Numbered from the stretch's first letter, positions 11,579-23,262 are shown. The stretch is DNA of 64,000 nucleotides from an uncultured Verrucomicrobiae bacterium (GCA_963813135.1 CAWEXY010000010.1:89905-153904); one strand, 5' to 3'. Translations and numbers: made by a program. Notes: generated by a model not told the origin, from the letters alone.

Positions 11579-12648
11579 GTTGTTTTTCTGAAATATTGGA
11601 GGGTGAATAGGGAGGCGAGAAATGCGAGGGGCCCAAAAAGGGCGGCAAGGGGAGAGAGGACAGAATGTTCTCCGAGGATGACGGAAGTATCGAGGATGGT
11701 GTAGACGGCAAAGAGGCCAAAGAGGCCTAGGGCATAGAGATAAAAGGGGTTCTGCTGCCGCGAGAAAACGATGCAGTAGGGAGCAGCTCCAAGGATGACG
11801 AGGAAGGAGAGGAGGGGGATGGCGAGTTTAAAATAGAGATTGGATTGGATTTTGGGGACTTCAAAGGGCGTGGTCTTATCGTTATGAAGTAGATTGTAGA
11901 GCGCTTTAAGGGAGTAATTTTCAAAGGGAATGAAGACGCGCCCTTTCATGCGGGGGTGCCATTTGAGATCGGGGAAGGTTTGGGCGTCGAAGGACTCAAC
12001 TTTTTCTAAAAAACCATCTTTATTGAGGGCGAGATGATCGACGTATTGTGCTTGAGGGTTAGCAGGGTTGGCATTTAAATATTTCATGCGCCAGACGTCG
12101 GCAGGGGAGCGTACCCAGAGGACATCGAAGAGGGCGTCTTTTTCGGCGTCGTAGGATTGATAGAGGAGTTTAGAGTTATCGCGCAAGTGAAGGATTTGCA
12201 TGAGTTCTTTTTGTTTCGCGCGGTGGGAGTGCTTAAAATGCTCGGCGTCGAAGGACTCGATGGAGGAAAGGGCTGTGGGAAGGAAATATTGGAAGTTCGC
12301 GTAGTTAAAGAGGGCGCACAAGAGGGCGAGAAAGAAGAAGGGCTTGAGGAGGGTGCGGGTGCGAAGGCCGGCGGCTTGAAGCGCCATCCATTGGCGGGAT
12401 GTATTGAACTGGGTCAGCACTTTGATGCAGGCCACGAGTGCGGCAAGGGGCAGGAGAAAGTCTGCGCGCTTGAGGAAATGGTGGAGATAGTAGCGAAGGA
12501 GCTGTCCCATCTGGAAGTCTTTTTCTTTGAAAAAATCATTCATGTGCGTCGAGTAGTCGAGAACGGCGTAAAGAAAAAAGAAAGCGCAGAGAAAAAAAGC
12601 AAATATTTTGAAGAGCTCTTTAAGAAAATACCTTTGCCAGATTTTCAT
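11575..12648 (-). CDS. LptF/LptG family LPS export permease
   Basis: MKIWQRYFLKE, multiple TM segments and QWMALQAAGL. It is paired with a second LptF/G gene, as in Chlamydia. Confidence 0.88.
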   Translation of the reverse strand: MKIWQRYFLKELFKIFAFFLCAFFFLYAVLDYSTHMNDFFKEKDFQMGQLLRYYLHHFLKRADFLLPLAALVACIKVLTQFNTSRQWMALQAAGLRTRTLLKPFFFLALLCALFNYANFQYFLPTALSSIESFDAEHFKHSHRAKQKELMQILHLRDNSKLLYQSYDAEKDALFDVLWVRSPADVWRMKYLNANPANPQAQYVDHLALNKDGFLEKVESFDAQTFPDLKWHPRMKGRVFIPFENYSLKALYNLLHNDKTTPFEVPKIQSNLYFKLAIPLLSFLVILGAAPYCIVFSRQQNPFYLYALGLFGLFAVYTILDTSVILGEHSVLSPLAALFGPLAFLASLFTLQYFRKTT

Positions 12649-13730
12649 TCGATTCCCCGTTCGACTTTTTTAATGGCGCGGAGCGAAAGGACAATAATGA
12701 CCGGAAACGGAGCAAAGTAGGTAATCCAGGTCAGCAGGGGAGCTTGTTTCAAGGACTTGGCGCCGACGAAGCAGCAGAGGAAAAGCGCGCAAAGCGCTGC
12801 GGCGGTAAGTATGCCTTGCTTGGTTTGGCGGCGGCCGAGCTGAATACCAAAAGCGGCGCCGAGGAGGGTAAAGGCCAGCGGCGCGAGGGCGATCGAGAGG
12901 CGGCGTGCAAACTCGATGCTGAAGCCTACAGACCATTTGCCTTTAATGGCGGCCTTGGCAAGCAGCATGCGGAGAGGGAGAAATTCGGTGTCCGTGTGCC
13001 AATCGGCCTCTTGGAGCATAGCTGATAGGTTGGCCGATTTGGTCGCCATGGCGCTTTGATTTTCAATGATGAGGTGGTCGAAACTTTCTTTGTTTTTGGA
13101 ATCTACGCTCGAAATCCATGTCACATCTTTGCCCAGGAGGTCGTCGCCTTGGACAAAAAGTTCTTTAGCGGTCATGATGCCGAGCCGGCCGTTTGCATGG
13201 TTATTGAGGACGAGGAGGACGTCTTTAGCGCGTTTGCCGCCGCGGAGCGTCCGCATGTCGACATAGGCATTTTTCATCTTGCCTTCAGAGATAGAATTGA
13301 AGACAAAAAACGGATTAGAGGACGTCATCTTCATTGTTAACTCTTTCGTGAGATATCGGCACTGGGGGGCAAGTTCGGAGATAATCGAAAAATTGACGAT
13401 GCTGAGAAGCGTTCCCGTAATGAGAAGGGGGAAAAGGAGGGTTCTGAGGCTGAAACCTGATGCACGTAATGTGGTCAGCTCGCCATGGCGGCTCATTTTT
13501 TGAAGCAGGAGCATGGCGGAGATGACGCAGGCAACGGGTATGGCCATAGGCAGAACATAGGGGATTTGATAGAGGGTAAATAAAAAAATAGAAAACGAAT
13601 CGCTATGGAGCGTGGCAAACTCAGCAATAGTTTTAAAACGCATTACGAGGAGGACTCCAATGAAGCCCGCCACACATAAAACGAAAACCTGCAAATAACT
13701 GCGAAGTAAGTATCGCCAAACCCTAGGCAT
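12645..13730 (-). CDS. LptF/LptG family LPS export permease
   Basis: WRYLLR, IPYVLPMAIP, GELTTLRASGFS and ELAPQC. Confidence 0.9.
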   Translation of the reverse strand: MPRVWRYLLRSYLQVFVLCVAGFIGVLLVMRFKTIAEFATLHSDSFSIFLFTLYQIPYVLPMAIPVACVISAMLLLQKMSRHGELTTLRASGFSLRTLLFPLLITGTLLSIVNFSIISELAPQCRYLTKELTMKMTSSNPFFVFNSISEGKMKNAYVDMRTLRGGKRAKDVLLVLNNHANGRLGIMTAKELFVQGDDLLGKDVTWISSVDSKNKESFDHLIIENQSAMATKSANLSAMLQEADWHTDTEFLPLRMLLAKAAIKGKWSVGFSIEFARRLSIALAPLAFTLLGAAFGIQLGRRQTKQGILTAAALCALFLCCFVGAKSLKQAPLLTWITYFAPFPVIIVLSLRAIKKVERGIE

Positions 13731-13750
13731 AGTATACTATATACTATAGC

Positions 13751-14692
13751 ATGAAAGAGCGCATTCTTCAAAGAGTGAAAGAGTTCCTGGGGGCACATTT
13801 CAAGCCAGGAAAGCCGTTGCTGGTTGGTTTTTCTGGAGGGCCTGATTCGACAGCGCTTCTCCATCTTCTTATCGAATGCCGTCGATTTTTTTCTTTAGAT
13901 CTTCATGTTTGCCATATCGATCATGGATGGCGCGAGGAAAGCCGTGATGAGGCAGAGCTTCTACAGAGCCAAGTAAAACTTCCATTTCATCGATTTCGAC
14001 TGGAGGGGGCCGCTAGGACGGAAGACGCGGCCCGGGAGGCCCGTTTAGAGATTTTTGAGCAGCTCTATAGAGAATTGGGGTGCCAAGCGGTGATTTTGGG
14101 CCATCAAGGGGACGACCAGTCAGAAACTGTATTGAAAAGAATTTTGGAAGGGGCGCATTTGACATCGCTCGGGGGGATTGCGCCAGTGAGCATTCGGAAA
14201 GGGATGCCGATTTGGCGGCCCCTGTTGCAGGTCCCGAAGCAGCAGATCTTGCAATGGCTCGAGCATAAAAATTTGACCTACCTCGAAGATAGCACCAATG
14301 AGGACCCCGCCTACTTAAGGGGGCGGATGCGCAAAAATATTTTTCCTTGGCTGTCGGCTGAGTTCGGCAAAGAAGTTTCTGAAAATCTGCGATATTTAGG
14401 GCTTTCTGTCCAAGAGCTGAAGAAATATTTGGAATCGAAGACCGCACCGCTGCATCAAGCCGTCCGGCGATCTGAAGAAGAAGAATCGATCGATTTGAAT
14501 CCCTTTTTTCCCTGGGAGGCCGTTGAGATCAAGAATTTTTTGAAGTCATGGCTCAAACTTTCTCGAACGGAACTAGAGACCCTCTATTCGTTGCTGGAAG
14601 AAGACGCCAGCCGCCGCAAAATTGGGGAATGCATCACCGTTCATCGAAGAATGGTTGCAATTAAAAAAATTAATGGATATGACGGCGTTTAA
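13751..14692 (+). CDS. tilS: tRNA(Ile)-lysidine synthase
   Basis: PP-loop SGGPDS, HIDHGWR, GHQGDDQSET, RPLL and DSTN. Confidence 0.95.
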   Translation: MKERILQRVKEFLGAHFKPGKPLLVGFSGGPDSTALLHLLIECRRFFSLDLHVCHIDHGWREESRDEAELLQSQVKLPFHRFRLEGAARTEDAAREARLEIFEQLYRELGCQAVILGHQGDDQSETVLKRILEGAHLTSLGGIAPVSIRKGMPIWRPLLQVPKQQILQWLEHKNLTYLEDSTNEDPAYLRGRMRKNIFPWLSAEFGKEVSENLRYLGLSVQELKKYLESKTAPLHQAVRRSEEEESIDLNPFFPWEAVEIKNFLKSWLKLSRTELETLYSLLEEDASRRKIGECITVHRRMVAIKKINGYDGV

Positions 14693-14745
14693 GAGGGCCT
14701 TTACATTTAGGTCTCCAAGTGGTTTAATTTTTAGGAAGTACTCAT

Positions 14746-17419
14746 ATGTCAGATAACAAGCCGAAGCCAGAGCCTCGTAAGGGGATCCCGGGGGGATTTT
14801 TAATTTTTATCCTCGCCATTATTTTGATCGTCCTAACGGTCCAAAATCTATCGACCGAGCAGTCGCAGCGTGTTGCATTTAGTTATCAGACAGAACATTT
14901 GGTGAACCTCGACCTCATCCAGCCAGAGGACAGCCGCAAAATTGCCCTCAATGATAATTTAGTGTCCTTCAGCGGTAAATTCCGCGACAACCTCCCTGAT
15001 GATGCAAAAGCAAGATATCAATTCTTGTCGCTCATGCACCGCCATCAGGAACTTTCCAGCGATCGCGAGCGTATGTGGGGCCAGCTCGATGTTCTCCAGA
15101 AAAATGTTGAACAGTCGGCCGATTGGTTTCTTCATGTGAGCGGGCTTTCAATTCCCTCCAGCGGCTATTGGGTTGTGGGGCCGTCTTATGATGCATTGGG
15201 ACGCAGCAACGCTATTGTCATCAAGTCTCTTTCCGACAAACCCCTGATCTCGCTGGCGAATGTCGAAAAAAGATATCCGCCTTCTTCTGAGAACTTAAGC
15301 AGCTATGGCAAAGATCTTTTAACAGTTATTCGGGAGCTCCGTTCTCCGAACCTCGGGATCGGCAATGAGCCGATGAAACAGCAGCTCAAGACCCTTGAGC
15401 AAAACGTCACGGACAATCCTCAGCTCCCCGCTTTTAAAGAGGCGCTGGTCGCTCTCCGTGGAATTGTCGATGAGCTCAATCAAGAAACAGATGGCGCACG
15501 GCTGACCCAGCTCAGAGCTGTCCGCAGCTTTATCTCCCAAATCGGCGAATACCAAAAAACCTCGGAAGAACTCGTCAAAAACGATATCCAGCTTGACAAA
15601 GCCCGCGACGCTGTCGCCAATGTCATTTGGTATTTCAACAACCAAGAGATTTCGACCAGAGCATTGGAAAAGCAAGATCCGGAAGTTTTCAACCACTGGT
15701 ATGCTCAAGCCAAAGCTGAGTGGGATGCCTTTCCTCAGAACAAAGGGACCTTTTTCAGAGCTCCCGACCAGCCGCGCAATCTCGTTTTGGAAAGAACGTT
15801 CAAGAGCGAAGAGCCAGCTCCCAATTATTTAAGCTATATTTTTACTTTCCTGCCCGTCCTTCTCATCGTAGGACTCCTTTACTTCGTGTTCGCCCGGCAG
15901 ATGAAAGGCGTCGGCGGAAGCGCCATGAATTTTGGCAAATCGCCTGCTAGACTCCTCACAAAAGAGCGCAACAAGGTGACGTTCAAAGATGTCGCCGGCG
16001 GCGACGAGGCCAAAGAAGAACTGCAAGAGATCGTTGAGTTCTTGAAAGATCCCGGAAAATTTACCGCCCTTGGGGCCCGCATTCCCAAAGGCGTGCTCTG
16101 CATCGGCGCTCCCGGTACAGGAAAAACGCTCATTGCCAAAGCGGTGGCCGGCGAAGCCGATCGTCCGTTCTTCTTTATTTCCGGCTCGGATTTCGTTGAG
16201 ATGTTCGTCGGCGTGGGCGCAAGCCGCATCCGCGATATGTTCAACAGAGCGCGAAAAAACGCTCCCTGCATCATCTTCATGGATGAAATCGATGCGGTCG
16301 GCCGCACCCGCGGCGCCGGCATCGGCGGCGGCCATGATGAGCGCGAGCAAACTTTAAACCAACTTCTCGTTGAAATGGACGGTTTTGATCACGAACGAAG
16401 GGATTATTCTCATCGCCGCGACCAACCGCCCTGACGTCCTCGATAAGGCCCTCCTGCGTCCCGGCCGTTTTGACCGCCGCATCGTGGTCGATCTTCCTGA
16501 TATTAAAGGCCGGTTTGAGATCCTTAAAGTCCATGCCCGCAAAATCAAACTCGATACTTCCGTCGATCTCATGGAAATTGCCCGCAATACCCCAGGCGCC
16601 TCTGGAGCTGATCTCGCGAATGTTCTCAACGAAGCCGCCCTCCTCGCCGCCCGCCGCGGCAGATCGGCCGTCACCGCTAACGAAGCCAAGAAGCGTGCGA
16701 CAAGGTCCGCTATGGAAAAGAGCGCCGCAGCCTCGAGATGGACGAAAAAGAGAAAAAAACGACCGCTTTCCATGAGTCGGGCATGCGATCGTCGGCCTCG
16801 TCGTCAAGAACACCGATCCTGTCGATAAAGTGACGATCATCCCGCGCGGCATGTCGCTCGGGGCTACCCATTTCATGCCAAAAAAAACCGTCTCAGCTAC
16901 TGGAGGAAAGAGCTTCTCGACCAACTCACCGTCCTCATGGGCGGACGTGCGGCCGAAGAGATTTTTGTCGGCGACATGTCAGCGGCGCGCAGATGGACAT
17001 CACGCAGGCAACGCAATTGGCCCGCAGCATGGTCTGCGAATGGGGCATGAGCGACGCTCGGGACCGTCGCCTACGACGAAAAATCTGAAAGCGGGCAATA
17101 CCTCGGGTGCAAGGCACATATAAGACGTATTCCGAAGAGACGTCCAAGCAGATCGATGCAGAAGTGCGCAAGCTCATCGACGAGGGCCAAAAAAGCCGAC
17201 GAAATCGTCCTAGCGAATCGAGAGAAGGTCCAGCTCATGACAGACATGCTCATGGAGTTCGAAACGCTCGATCGCGAAGATGTGCAAGAGATCATCAATG
17301 GAACATGGAACACCGAGAAGAAGCACGCGCGTCTAAAAATCGCTGAAGATCTGCAGAAAAAGGTCCCTGCTCCTGCGGCCCCGAAGCTATCGCCCGAGAC
17401 GCCTCCTCAGCCAGCTTGA
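14746..17419 (+). CDS. ftsH: ATP-dependent zinc metalloprotease FtsH, chlamydial long form (several indel frameshifts after ~16390)
   Basis: [49 protein letters not shown], then ATNRPDVLD and HESGH in shifted frames. Confidence 0.95.
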
Positions 17420-17434
17420 AGAGAGGGAAAGATT

Positions 17435-17486
17435 TTTAACGCAAAGACGCAGAGGCGCTAAGGTTTTTAGCGCCTTTGAGTTAAAT
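17435..17486. terminator. Hairpin between convergent genes (probable bidirectional terminator)
   Basis: AGGCGCTAA-GGTTT-TTAGCGCCT core hairpin. Confidence 0.55.
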
Positions 17487-17491
17487 TCTCT

Positions 17492-17896
17492 TTATTTTGA
17501 CAGAATCTTGCCTAGCTGTTCTTTGAGCCATGGGCTTAAATAGAATATTCCCCAGCCTTTCATGTTAGGAATTGGGGTGTTGGTAGGTTCGAGCGACTTA
17601 ATAAAATCCTCAGGCCTTTCATAAAATTTCGGATTCATTGAACGCTCGACTACCATCCGACCTAAAAGAGCTCCGCCATTGAAGACAATCGATACCAGAG
17701 TGAAGGGAATACTCCCTCGGAAAAAACTTGCCACGGCCGTGATGACCAGAATAGCAGTGCAGACGTTGAGCGTCTGCACCTTGATCTCATTGACGATGTA
17801 ATCTTCCATACGAGGATTGATTACGCGCGCTGCCATCACGGCCGCGTTATGGAAACTTCTGGAGAGACTGTCGATGTCGATATAGCTTTGGCTCAT
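17492..17896 (-). CDS. Hypothetical membrane protein with a long bilobed hydrophobic segment
   Basis: 134-aa ORF directly after pnp, with a ~37-aa hydrophobic stretch LNVCTAILVITAV..FTLVSIVFNGGALLG. Confidence 0.65.
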   Translation of the reverse strand: MSQSYIDIDSLSRSFHNAAVMAARVINPRMEDYIVNEIKVQTLNVCTAILVITAVASFFRGSIPFTLVSIVFNGGALLGRMVVERSMNPKFYERPEDFIKSLEPTNTPIPNMKGWGIFYLSPWLKEQLGKILSK

Positions 17897-17899
17897 AAT

Positions 17900-20060
17900 T
17901 TAGTGCGCTGATACAGGGGGTTTTAATACTCGGGGCGGAGTCGCTGCGCGCTGCGGAGGAGGAAGGAGCGCTTTGCGGCTGAGCGATATCTTGCCGCGAT
18001 CGGTGACGTCCCGAACCATGACTTCGACCATGTCGCCTACTTTGCAGACATCGTCCATATGTTCTACGCGGCGATGATCCCATTCAGAGATGTGGCAGAG
18101 GCCTTCTTTGTCGAAGATCTTGATGAAGCATCCAAAATCGACGATCGAGACGATCTCGCCGGTGTAGGTCTTGCCGATTTCGACATCGGATACCAGATTG
18201 ATCACCATAGCGATCGCTTTCTCGAGAGCTTCGCCGTTATTGGCGGAGATGCTAACAAGTCCGTTATCGTCGATGTTGATCTCAGCGCCGGTCGCCTCTG
18301 TGATGGCGCGGATTTGTTTACCGCCAGGACCGATGAGGGTGCCGATCTTGCTCGGCTTAATTTGCATCGTCTCAATGCGCGGAGCGTATTGAGAAACGCT
18401 CTCTTTGGCTTTGGGGCATGCCTCGATCATCTTGTTGAGGATATGGAGCCGTCCCTGACGCGCTTGGGCAAGGGCCACATGCATGATGTGGGGGGTGATC
18501 CCTTCGACTTTGATGTCGAGTTGGAAGGCCGAGATCCCGTGGCTGTTTCCCGCGACTTTAAAGTCCATATCTCCTAGAGCGTCTTCATCGCCGAGGATAT
18601 CGGAGAGGATCGCAAAGCGGTCGCCTTCTAAAATAAGTCCCATCGCAATGCCTGAAAACAGGATGGCGCATGGGAACGCCGGCGTCCATCAGGGCCAAAG
18701 ATCCGCCGCAGATAGAGGCCATCGAAGAGGAACCGTTAGATTCCGTGATGTTGGACTCGAGGCGGATGACGTAAGGGAATTGTTCTTGGGTAGGCAGGGC
18801 TGCTGATAATGCGCGCTCAGCGAGCTTGCCGTGTCCGATTTCCCGGCGGCCGGGAGATCCCATGCGTCCGACTTCACCGACAGAATAGGGCGGGAAGAAG
18901 TACTGGAGATAGAATCGGGTGGCTCTGCTTCGCCGTGGAGCGTCTTCATAACGCTGGGCCATAATCTTCGCTGCCTAATGTGCAAACGGCGATCGCCTGC
19001 GTCTCGCCGCGGGTAAAGAGGGCGCTTCCATGCGTACGGGGTAAGGAGGCCTGGTCTCGATATCGATGGGGCGGACTTGGTCCAGGTGCGGCCGTCGACA
19101 CGGGCGGTTTTCATTTAGAATGACTTCGCGCATGAGTTTGGCGTTGACATTATTTGAAAGCTGTCAGAGGACGTGCGTCTTGGTGGATATTTGGGTTTTT
19201 ACATCAAGCGGGGAGGAAGTGCGCGACCTACTTTTGCTTTCGCTGTCGCTAATCGCTCGCCGCGTTTTTGCTTTTCACGGATATGGAGAGCAGCCTTGAT
19301 ATCGCTGCCGACGAGCTTTTCAACCTCTTCAATGGAGACTTCAGGGGAGACGATGCGCAGGTCTTCGCGGAATTTGGGCCTGCCGATCTCTTTTTGCCAG
19401 TCGGATAAGTCCTTGGCAAATGATCTTAATGGCGGCGTGCCCTTCAGCGACAGCGGCAAGAATTTGTTCTTCGGAGAGGAAGTCGGCATACCCTTCGATC
19501 ATCAATATGGCATCTTCGGTGCCGGCTAGCATGAGGTCGAGGCGCGACTTGGCCATCTCTTGGACGGTCGGGTTCACGACGAAACGGTCTTCGATCATGG
19601 CGACGCGGACACCGCCGATGGGTTTTACGAGGGGGATATCGGAGATGACGAGAGCGGCCGATACTGCTGTGATAGCAAGGGCGTCTGGGGCATGGATGCC
19701 GTCGTAAGAATAAACATAGGCTAAGAGCTGGGTATCATTATAGTAGCCATCTTCAAACATGGGACGGATGGGGCGGTCGATGAGGCGGCTAGTGAGAACT
19801 TCGCGCTCGGTCGGCCTTCCTTCTCTTTTAATGAATCCGCCGAGGGTCTTTCCCGTGGAGGAGAATTTTTCTTGGTAATCGACGCGCAAGGGGATGAAGT
19901 CTGTCTCTTCAGAGGGGACTGAGCCGCGGCAAGCTGTGGCCAATAATATGGTGTCGCCTGAACGGAGGGTGACGGCGCCGCCGGCTTGGCGTGCAATTTT
20001 ACCGGTTTCGAGAATGAGATCTCTTCCGCCGACGGAGATGGTACGGGTATGACGTGTCAT
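17900..20060 (-). CDS. pnp: Polyribonucleotide nucleotidyltransferase (PNPase), multiple indel frameshifts at ~18640-19400
   Basis: [60 protein letters not shown] domain (IGPGGK) and S1 domain. Confidence 0.95.
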
Positions 20061-20132
20061 GGATAATCCTTAAGTGTTACAATTTTTTAACGAACTGAAT
20101 ATATCAGGAATGGGAAATACGAAGCAAATTAA

Positions 20133-20159
20133 TCCTATCCCTCTATGCGAGGGATAGGA
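20133..20159 (-). terminator. Hairpin/terminator between rpsO and pnp
   Basis: TCCTATCCCTC-TATGC-GAGGGATAGGA. Confidence 0.65.
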
Positions 20160-20169
20160 AATATAGGTG

Positions 20170-20439
20170 TTATTTACGGAGGTTGAGACGGCCGATCAAG
20201 CTTTGGTAACGCTTGGTATCGGTGGAATTGAGATAATCTAGCAGTTTGCGGCGTTGGCCTACCAATTTAAGGAGGGCCAGACGTGAAGCATGATCTTTGG
20301 GGGCAAGTTTCAGATGTTCAGTGAGTTCGGCAATGCGCTCTGTCAGGATCGCAATCTGAACGTCAGCTGAGCCCGTGTCTTTCTCATGCAGCTGGAATTT
20401 CTTGGTGATTTCTTCTTTCGTACCTTTATCTAAAGACAT
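20170..20439 (-). CDS. rpsO: 30S ribosomal protein S15
   Basis: [31 protein letters not shown]. Confidence 0.98.
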   Translation of the reverse strand: MSLDKGTKEEITKKFQLHEKDTGSADVQIAILTERIAELTEHLKLAPKDHASRLALLKLVGQRRKLLDYLNSTDTKRYQSLIGRLNLRK

Positions 20440-20539
20440 AGTTTCTCCTAAGCGGGTCCAAAAAGTAAATTTATAAATCTAGCCACCATTGTACTCGAAA
20501 CGAGGTATTGAATCAATCTCAACTTTTTCTTAAACTGTT

Positions 20540-20706
20540 CGCCGTCCCTGATTTAATGCTTTGCCATGGGGACAATTTTGATTTTTAATAATATTTTGGA
20601 GTCCTCGGCAAAGGCCTTACGCGAAGCTGCATAGGGCCAAAAAGGGGAATGCAAAAGATTACAAAAAGCGAAAACGGCGCCTGCAAATGCTAAATTAGGG
20701 ACGACG
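20540..20706. repeat. ~167-bp element bounded by imperfect inverted repeats (MITE-like or palindromic element)
   Basis: CGCCGTCCCTGATTTA (20540) pairs with TAAATTAGGGACGACG (20691-20706). There is further inner pairing (TTTGC/GCAAA, TTTTGG/CCAAAA). Confidence 0.5.
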
Positions 20707-20710
20707 GCAG

Positions 20711-21172
20711 ATGGATGAGTTTTACATGAGAGAAGCGATGGAAGAAGCTAAAAAAGCTTTTGCCTCCGGCGAGGTCCCCGTCGGGGCTATTTTGGTGATT
20801 CAAAATAAGATTATCAGTCGAGGGCATAATGCCGTCGAAATGCTCCAAGATGCGACCGCGCACGCTGAAATGCGGTGTTTGCAAGAGGCCGCTGAAAATA
20901 TCGGTAATTGGCGTCTCTTGGGCGCTACCCTTTATTGTACCCTGGAGCCCTGCGCTATGTGCGCAGGGGCCATGCTCCTCTCGCGTATAGACACCCTTGT
21001 TTGGGGAGCGCCTGATCTTCGGCATGGGGCCGATGGCTCTCTTTATTCCCTTCTCGAGGGCCAGCATCCAATCCATAATATCCATGTTCGCAAGGGCGTT
21101 CTAGCTGAAGAATGCGCTCAGTTAATGAAAGATTTTTTTTTAGCCCGGAGGGCGTGTGGAAAAACTATTTGA
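20711..21172 (+). CDS. tadA: tRNA adenosine(34) deaminase
   Basis: GEVPVGA, DATAHAE and TLEPCAMC deaminase motifs. Confidence 0.95.
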   Translation: MDEFYMREAMEEAKKAFASGEVPVGAILVIQNKIISRGHNAVEMLQDATAHAEMRCLQEAAENIGNWRLLGATLYCTLEPCAMCAGAMLLSRIDTLVWGAPDLRHGADGSLYSLLEGQHPIHNIHVRKGVLAEECAQLMKDFFLARRACGKTI

Positions 21173-21368
21173 CGAACTGGTCGATTTTCAAAGAAAAAAG
21201 TTGCTTTCCTTGGCTCAAAAAATTATTCCCGCTCTAACTGAGGACGATATCCTTCAGCCGAATGACTTCCCGGCCCTCGAGGGGAACCCTCTTTTTCGCT
21301 ACGAAGAAGGGGTTTTAGAGGGGCTTTTGACGGCCCGTATGGCTTATCTGGCTGCAATTAAAAATTAA
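21156..21368 (+). CDS. Conserved chlamydial hypothetical protein
   Basis: LTEDDILQPNDFPALEGNPLFRYEEG. It overlaps tadA, as in the chlamydial gene order. Confidence 0.8.
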   Translation: MEKLFDELVDFQRKKLLSLAQKIIPALTEDDILQPNDFPALEGNPLFRYEEGVLEGLLTARMAYLAAIKN

Positions 21369-21469
21369 ACAATCTTGTTTTTAAATCTAATCTGCATTGA
21401 TATTATAGCGATGATTTTGTTAAATTCATTGCCGCACAAAGATCCAACGAAAAAAGATTAACAATTTAA

Positions 21470-21808
21470 TTGGAGTTTTATAAGCATATGACAAGAGATA
21501 TTATTAATAATACCAACTTAAGATCCGCTGGAAGCGTTGGCGGAATGATGGTTTCGGGATTTGCCATCGGATACTATTCCGGGAAGGTTGGACAGGTGGC
21601 TGGTCGGGCATTATACCATACAAAGGCAGCCGAAACTTTGGGTTCTAGAATAGCGTCAGGATTGGCAGTCACTGTCCTAGGATCAGTGGGGTTTTATAAA
21701 CTTATCCCATCGGTATCGCGAATTGAAGGTTTTTTATTTATCGCGCTAGCGGTTTATGCCGTGCTTGGAGCTCTTTGGTTTGAGAAAAAAAGAGTTGATG
21801 CTGTTTGA
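21470..21808 (+). CDS. Hypothetical small membrane protein
   Basis: 112-aa ORF with 3 hydrophobic segments; start uncertain. Confidence 0.6.
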   Translation: MEFYKHMTRDIINNTNLRSAGSVGGMMVSGFAIGYYSGKVGQVAGRALYHTKAAETLGSRIASGLAVTVLGSVGFYKLIPSVSRIEGFLFIALAVYAVLGALWFEKKRVDAV

Positions 21809-21862
21809 CTCTTGCGCGGAACTGCCAAAACCTGTTAAATTGTCCTCTTTACAAGAGGTTAT

Positions 21863-22183
21863 ATGAAAAAAGAAGGACACCCTCCTTATCAAGACGTTCT
21901 ATTTATCGATTCCGCTACAGGACATAAGTTCGTATGCGGCAGCACTCTCCAACCGAAGGAAAAAGAGGTTTTTGAGGGCAAGGAATATCCCGTCTACCGC
22001 GCTCCCATTTCTTCGGCATCCCACCCCTTCTTTACGGGTGCGAAGTCGCTGATCGACTCGGAAGGCCGCGTCGATAAATTCACCAAAAAATACGCACAGA
22101 AGAAGAAGCAGGCCGAAGAAAGCGCCGCTAAAGCTGCTGTCGTAGAACCGGTGAAGAAAAAGAAAAAAACTAAGTCCTCGTAA
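21863..22183 (+). CDS. rpmE2: 50S ribosomal protein L31 type B
   Basis: [27 protein letters not shown]; it lacks the CxxC pairs. Confidence 0.93.
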   Translation: MKKEGHPPYQDVLFIDSATGHKFVCGSTLQPKEKEVFEGKEYPVYRAPISSASHPFFTGAKSLIDSEGRVDKFTKKYAQKKKQAEESAAKAAVVEPVKKKKKTKSS

Positions 22184-23262
22184 TGCAAGCAAGGGTCTCG
22201 AAGCTTCTTCGGCGCTTCCACGAAGTGGAAGAGATGCTTGGCAGGCCGGAGACTCTTGCCGATAAATCAAAATACCGTGCTCTCACTCAAGAGCACGCTT
22301 ATCTTTCCGAAATCAAAGAGACTTCCCAATCGATCGAAAAAATCCAGCAGCAGATCGCTGGAGATCAAGACCTGCTCAAAACAGAGACGGATCCTGAGCT
22401 CGTCGGCCTTCTCAAAGAAGAAATAGCCGCTTTGCAACTCTCTCTTGAACAAAAAACACGCCAACTCGAGACGCTGCTTGTTCCGCCCGATCCGCGCGAT
22501 AGCCGCAATGTCATTATGGAATTAAGGGCAGGGACCGGGGGCGACGAGGCTGCGATTTTCGTCGGGGACTGCGTACGGATGTATAAATGCTACGCCGATA
22601 GAAAGGGATGGAAGTACGAGATGCTCTCCTGCGCTCCTTCGGAGCGGGGCGGATTCAAGGAATATGTCATGGTTCTATCGGGCCATAATGTCTTCCGATT
22701 TCTGCAGCATGAAGCGGGAACGCATCGTGTGCAAAGGGTTCCTGATACCGAGGCGCAAGGGCGGATCCATACGTCGGCGATCACGGTGGCAGTGCTCCCT
22801 GAGCCCGGTGAAGAAGAAAAAATCGTTTTAGATGAGCGGGACTTGAAGATCGATACGTTCCGTTCTTCAGGCGCTGGCGGCCAGCACGTCAACGTGACGG
22901 ACTCTGCGGTGCGGATCACGCACATTCCGACAGGCGTTGTCGTCGCCTGCCAAGAAGAGCGGAGCCAGCATAAAAACAAAGATAAAGCGATGCGCATCCT
23001 GGTTGCCAAAATCGCAGAAGAAAGGGACCGCAAAGCTCATGCCGAACGATCGGAGCTGCGCTCGACGCAAGTAGGCAGCGGCGACAGATCGGAACGCATC
23101 CGCACTTATAATTTTCCTCAAAATCGGGTGACAGACCACCGGATCGAGCTTACGTTGTATAAATTAAACTTGGTCATGGAAGGCGATCTCGATGATTTGA
23201 CCGTGCCCCTCGTGGCATTCTTTTACCAACAACAACTGGCCGGCGATGAAAACGATCGGTGA
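22183..23262 (+). CDS. prfA: Peptide chain release factor 1
   Basis: [21 protein letters not shown] (PxT), GGQ and RIRTYNFPQ. Confidence 0.97.
   Translation: MQARVSKLLRRFHEVEEMLGRPETLADKSKYRALTQEHAYLSEIKETSQSIEKIQQQIAGDQDLLKTETDPELVGLLKEEIAALQLSLEQKTRQLETLLVPPDPRDSRNVIMELRAGTGGDEAAIFVGDCVRMYKCYADRKGWKYEMLSCAPSERGGFKEYVMVLSGHNVFRFLQHEAGTHRVQRVPDTEAQGRIHTSAITVAVLPEPGEEEKIVLDERDLKIDTFRSSGAGGQHVNVTDSAVRITHIPTGVVVACQEERSQHKNKDKAMRILVAKIAEERDRKAHAERSELRSTQVGSGDRSERIRTYNFPQNRVTDHRIELTLYKLNLVMEGDLDDLTVPLVAFFYQQQLAGDENDR

Noticed and set aside
16390..19400. Multiple frameshifts in ftsH and pnp as pseudogenisation or programmed frameshifting
   Set aside because: These are core genes with otherwise intact motifs. 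The shifts cluster in one stretch and lack consistent slippery sites, so local sequencing or consensus error is the simplest explanation.
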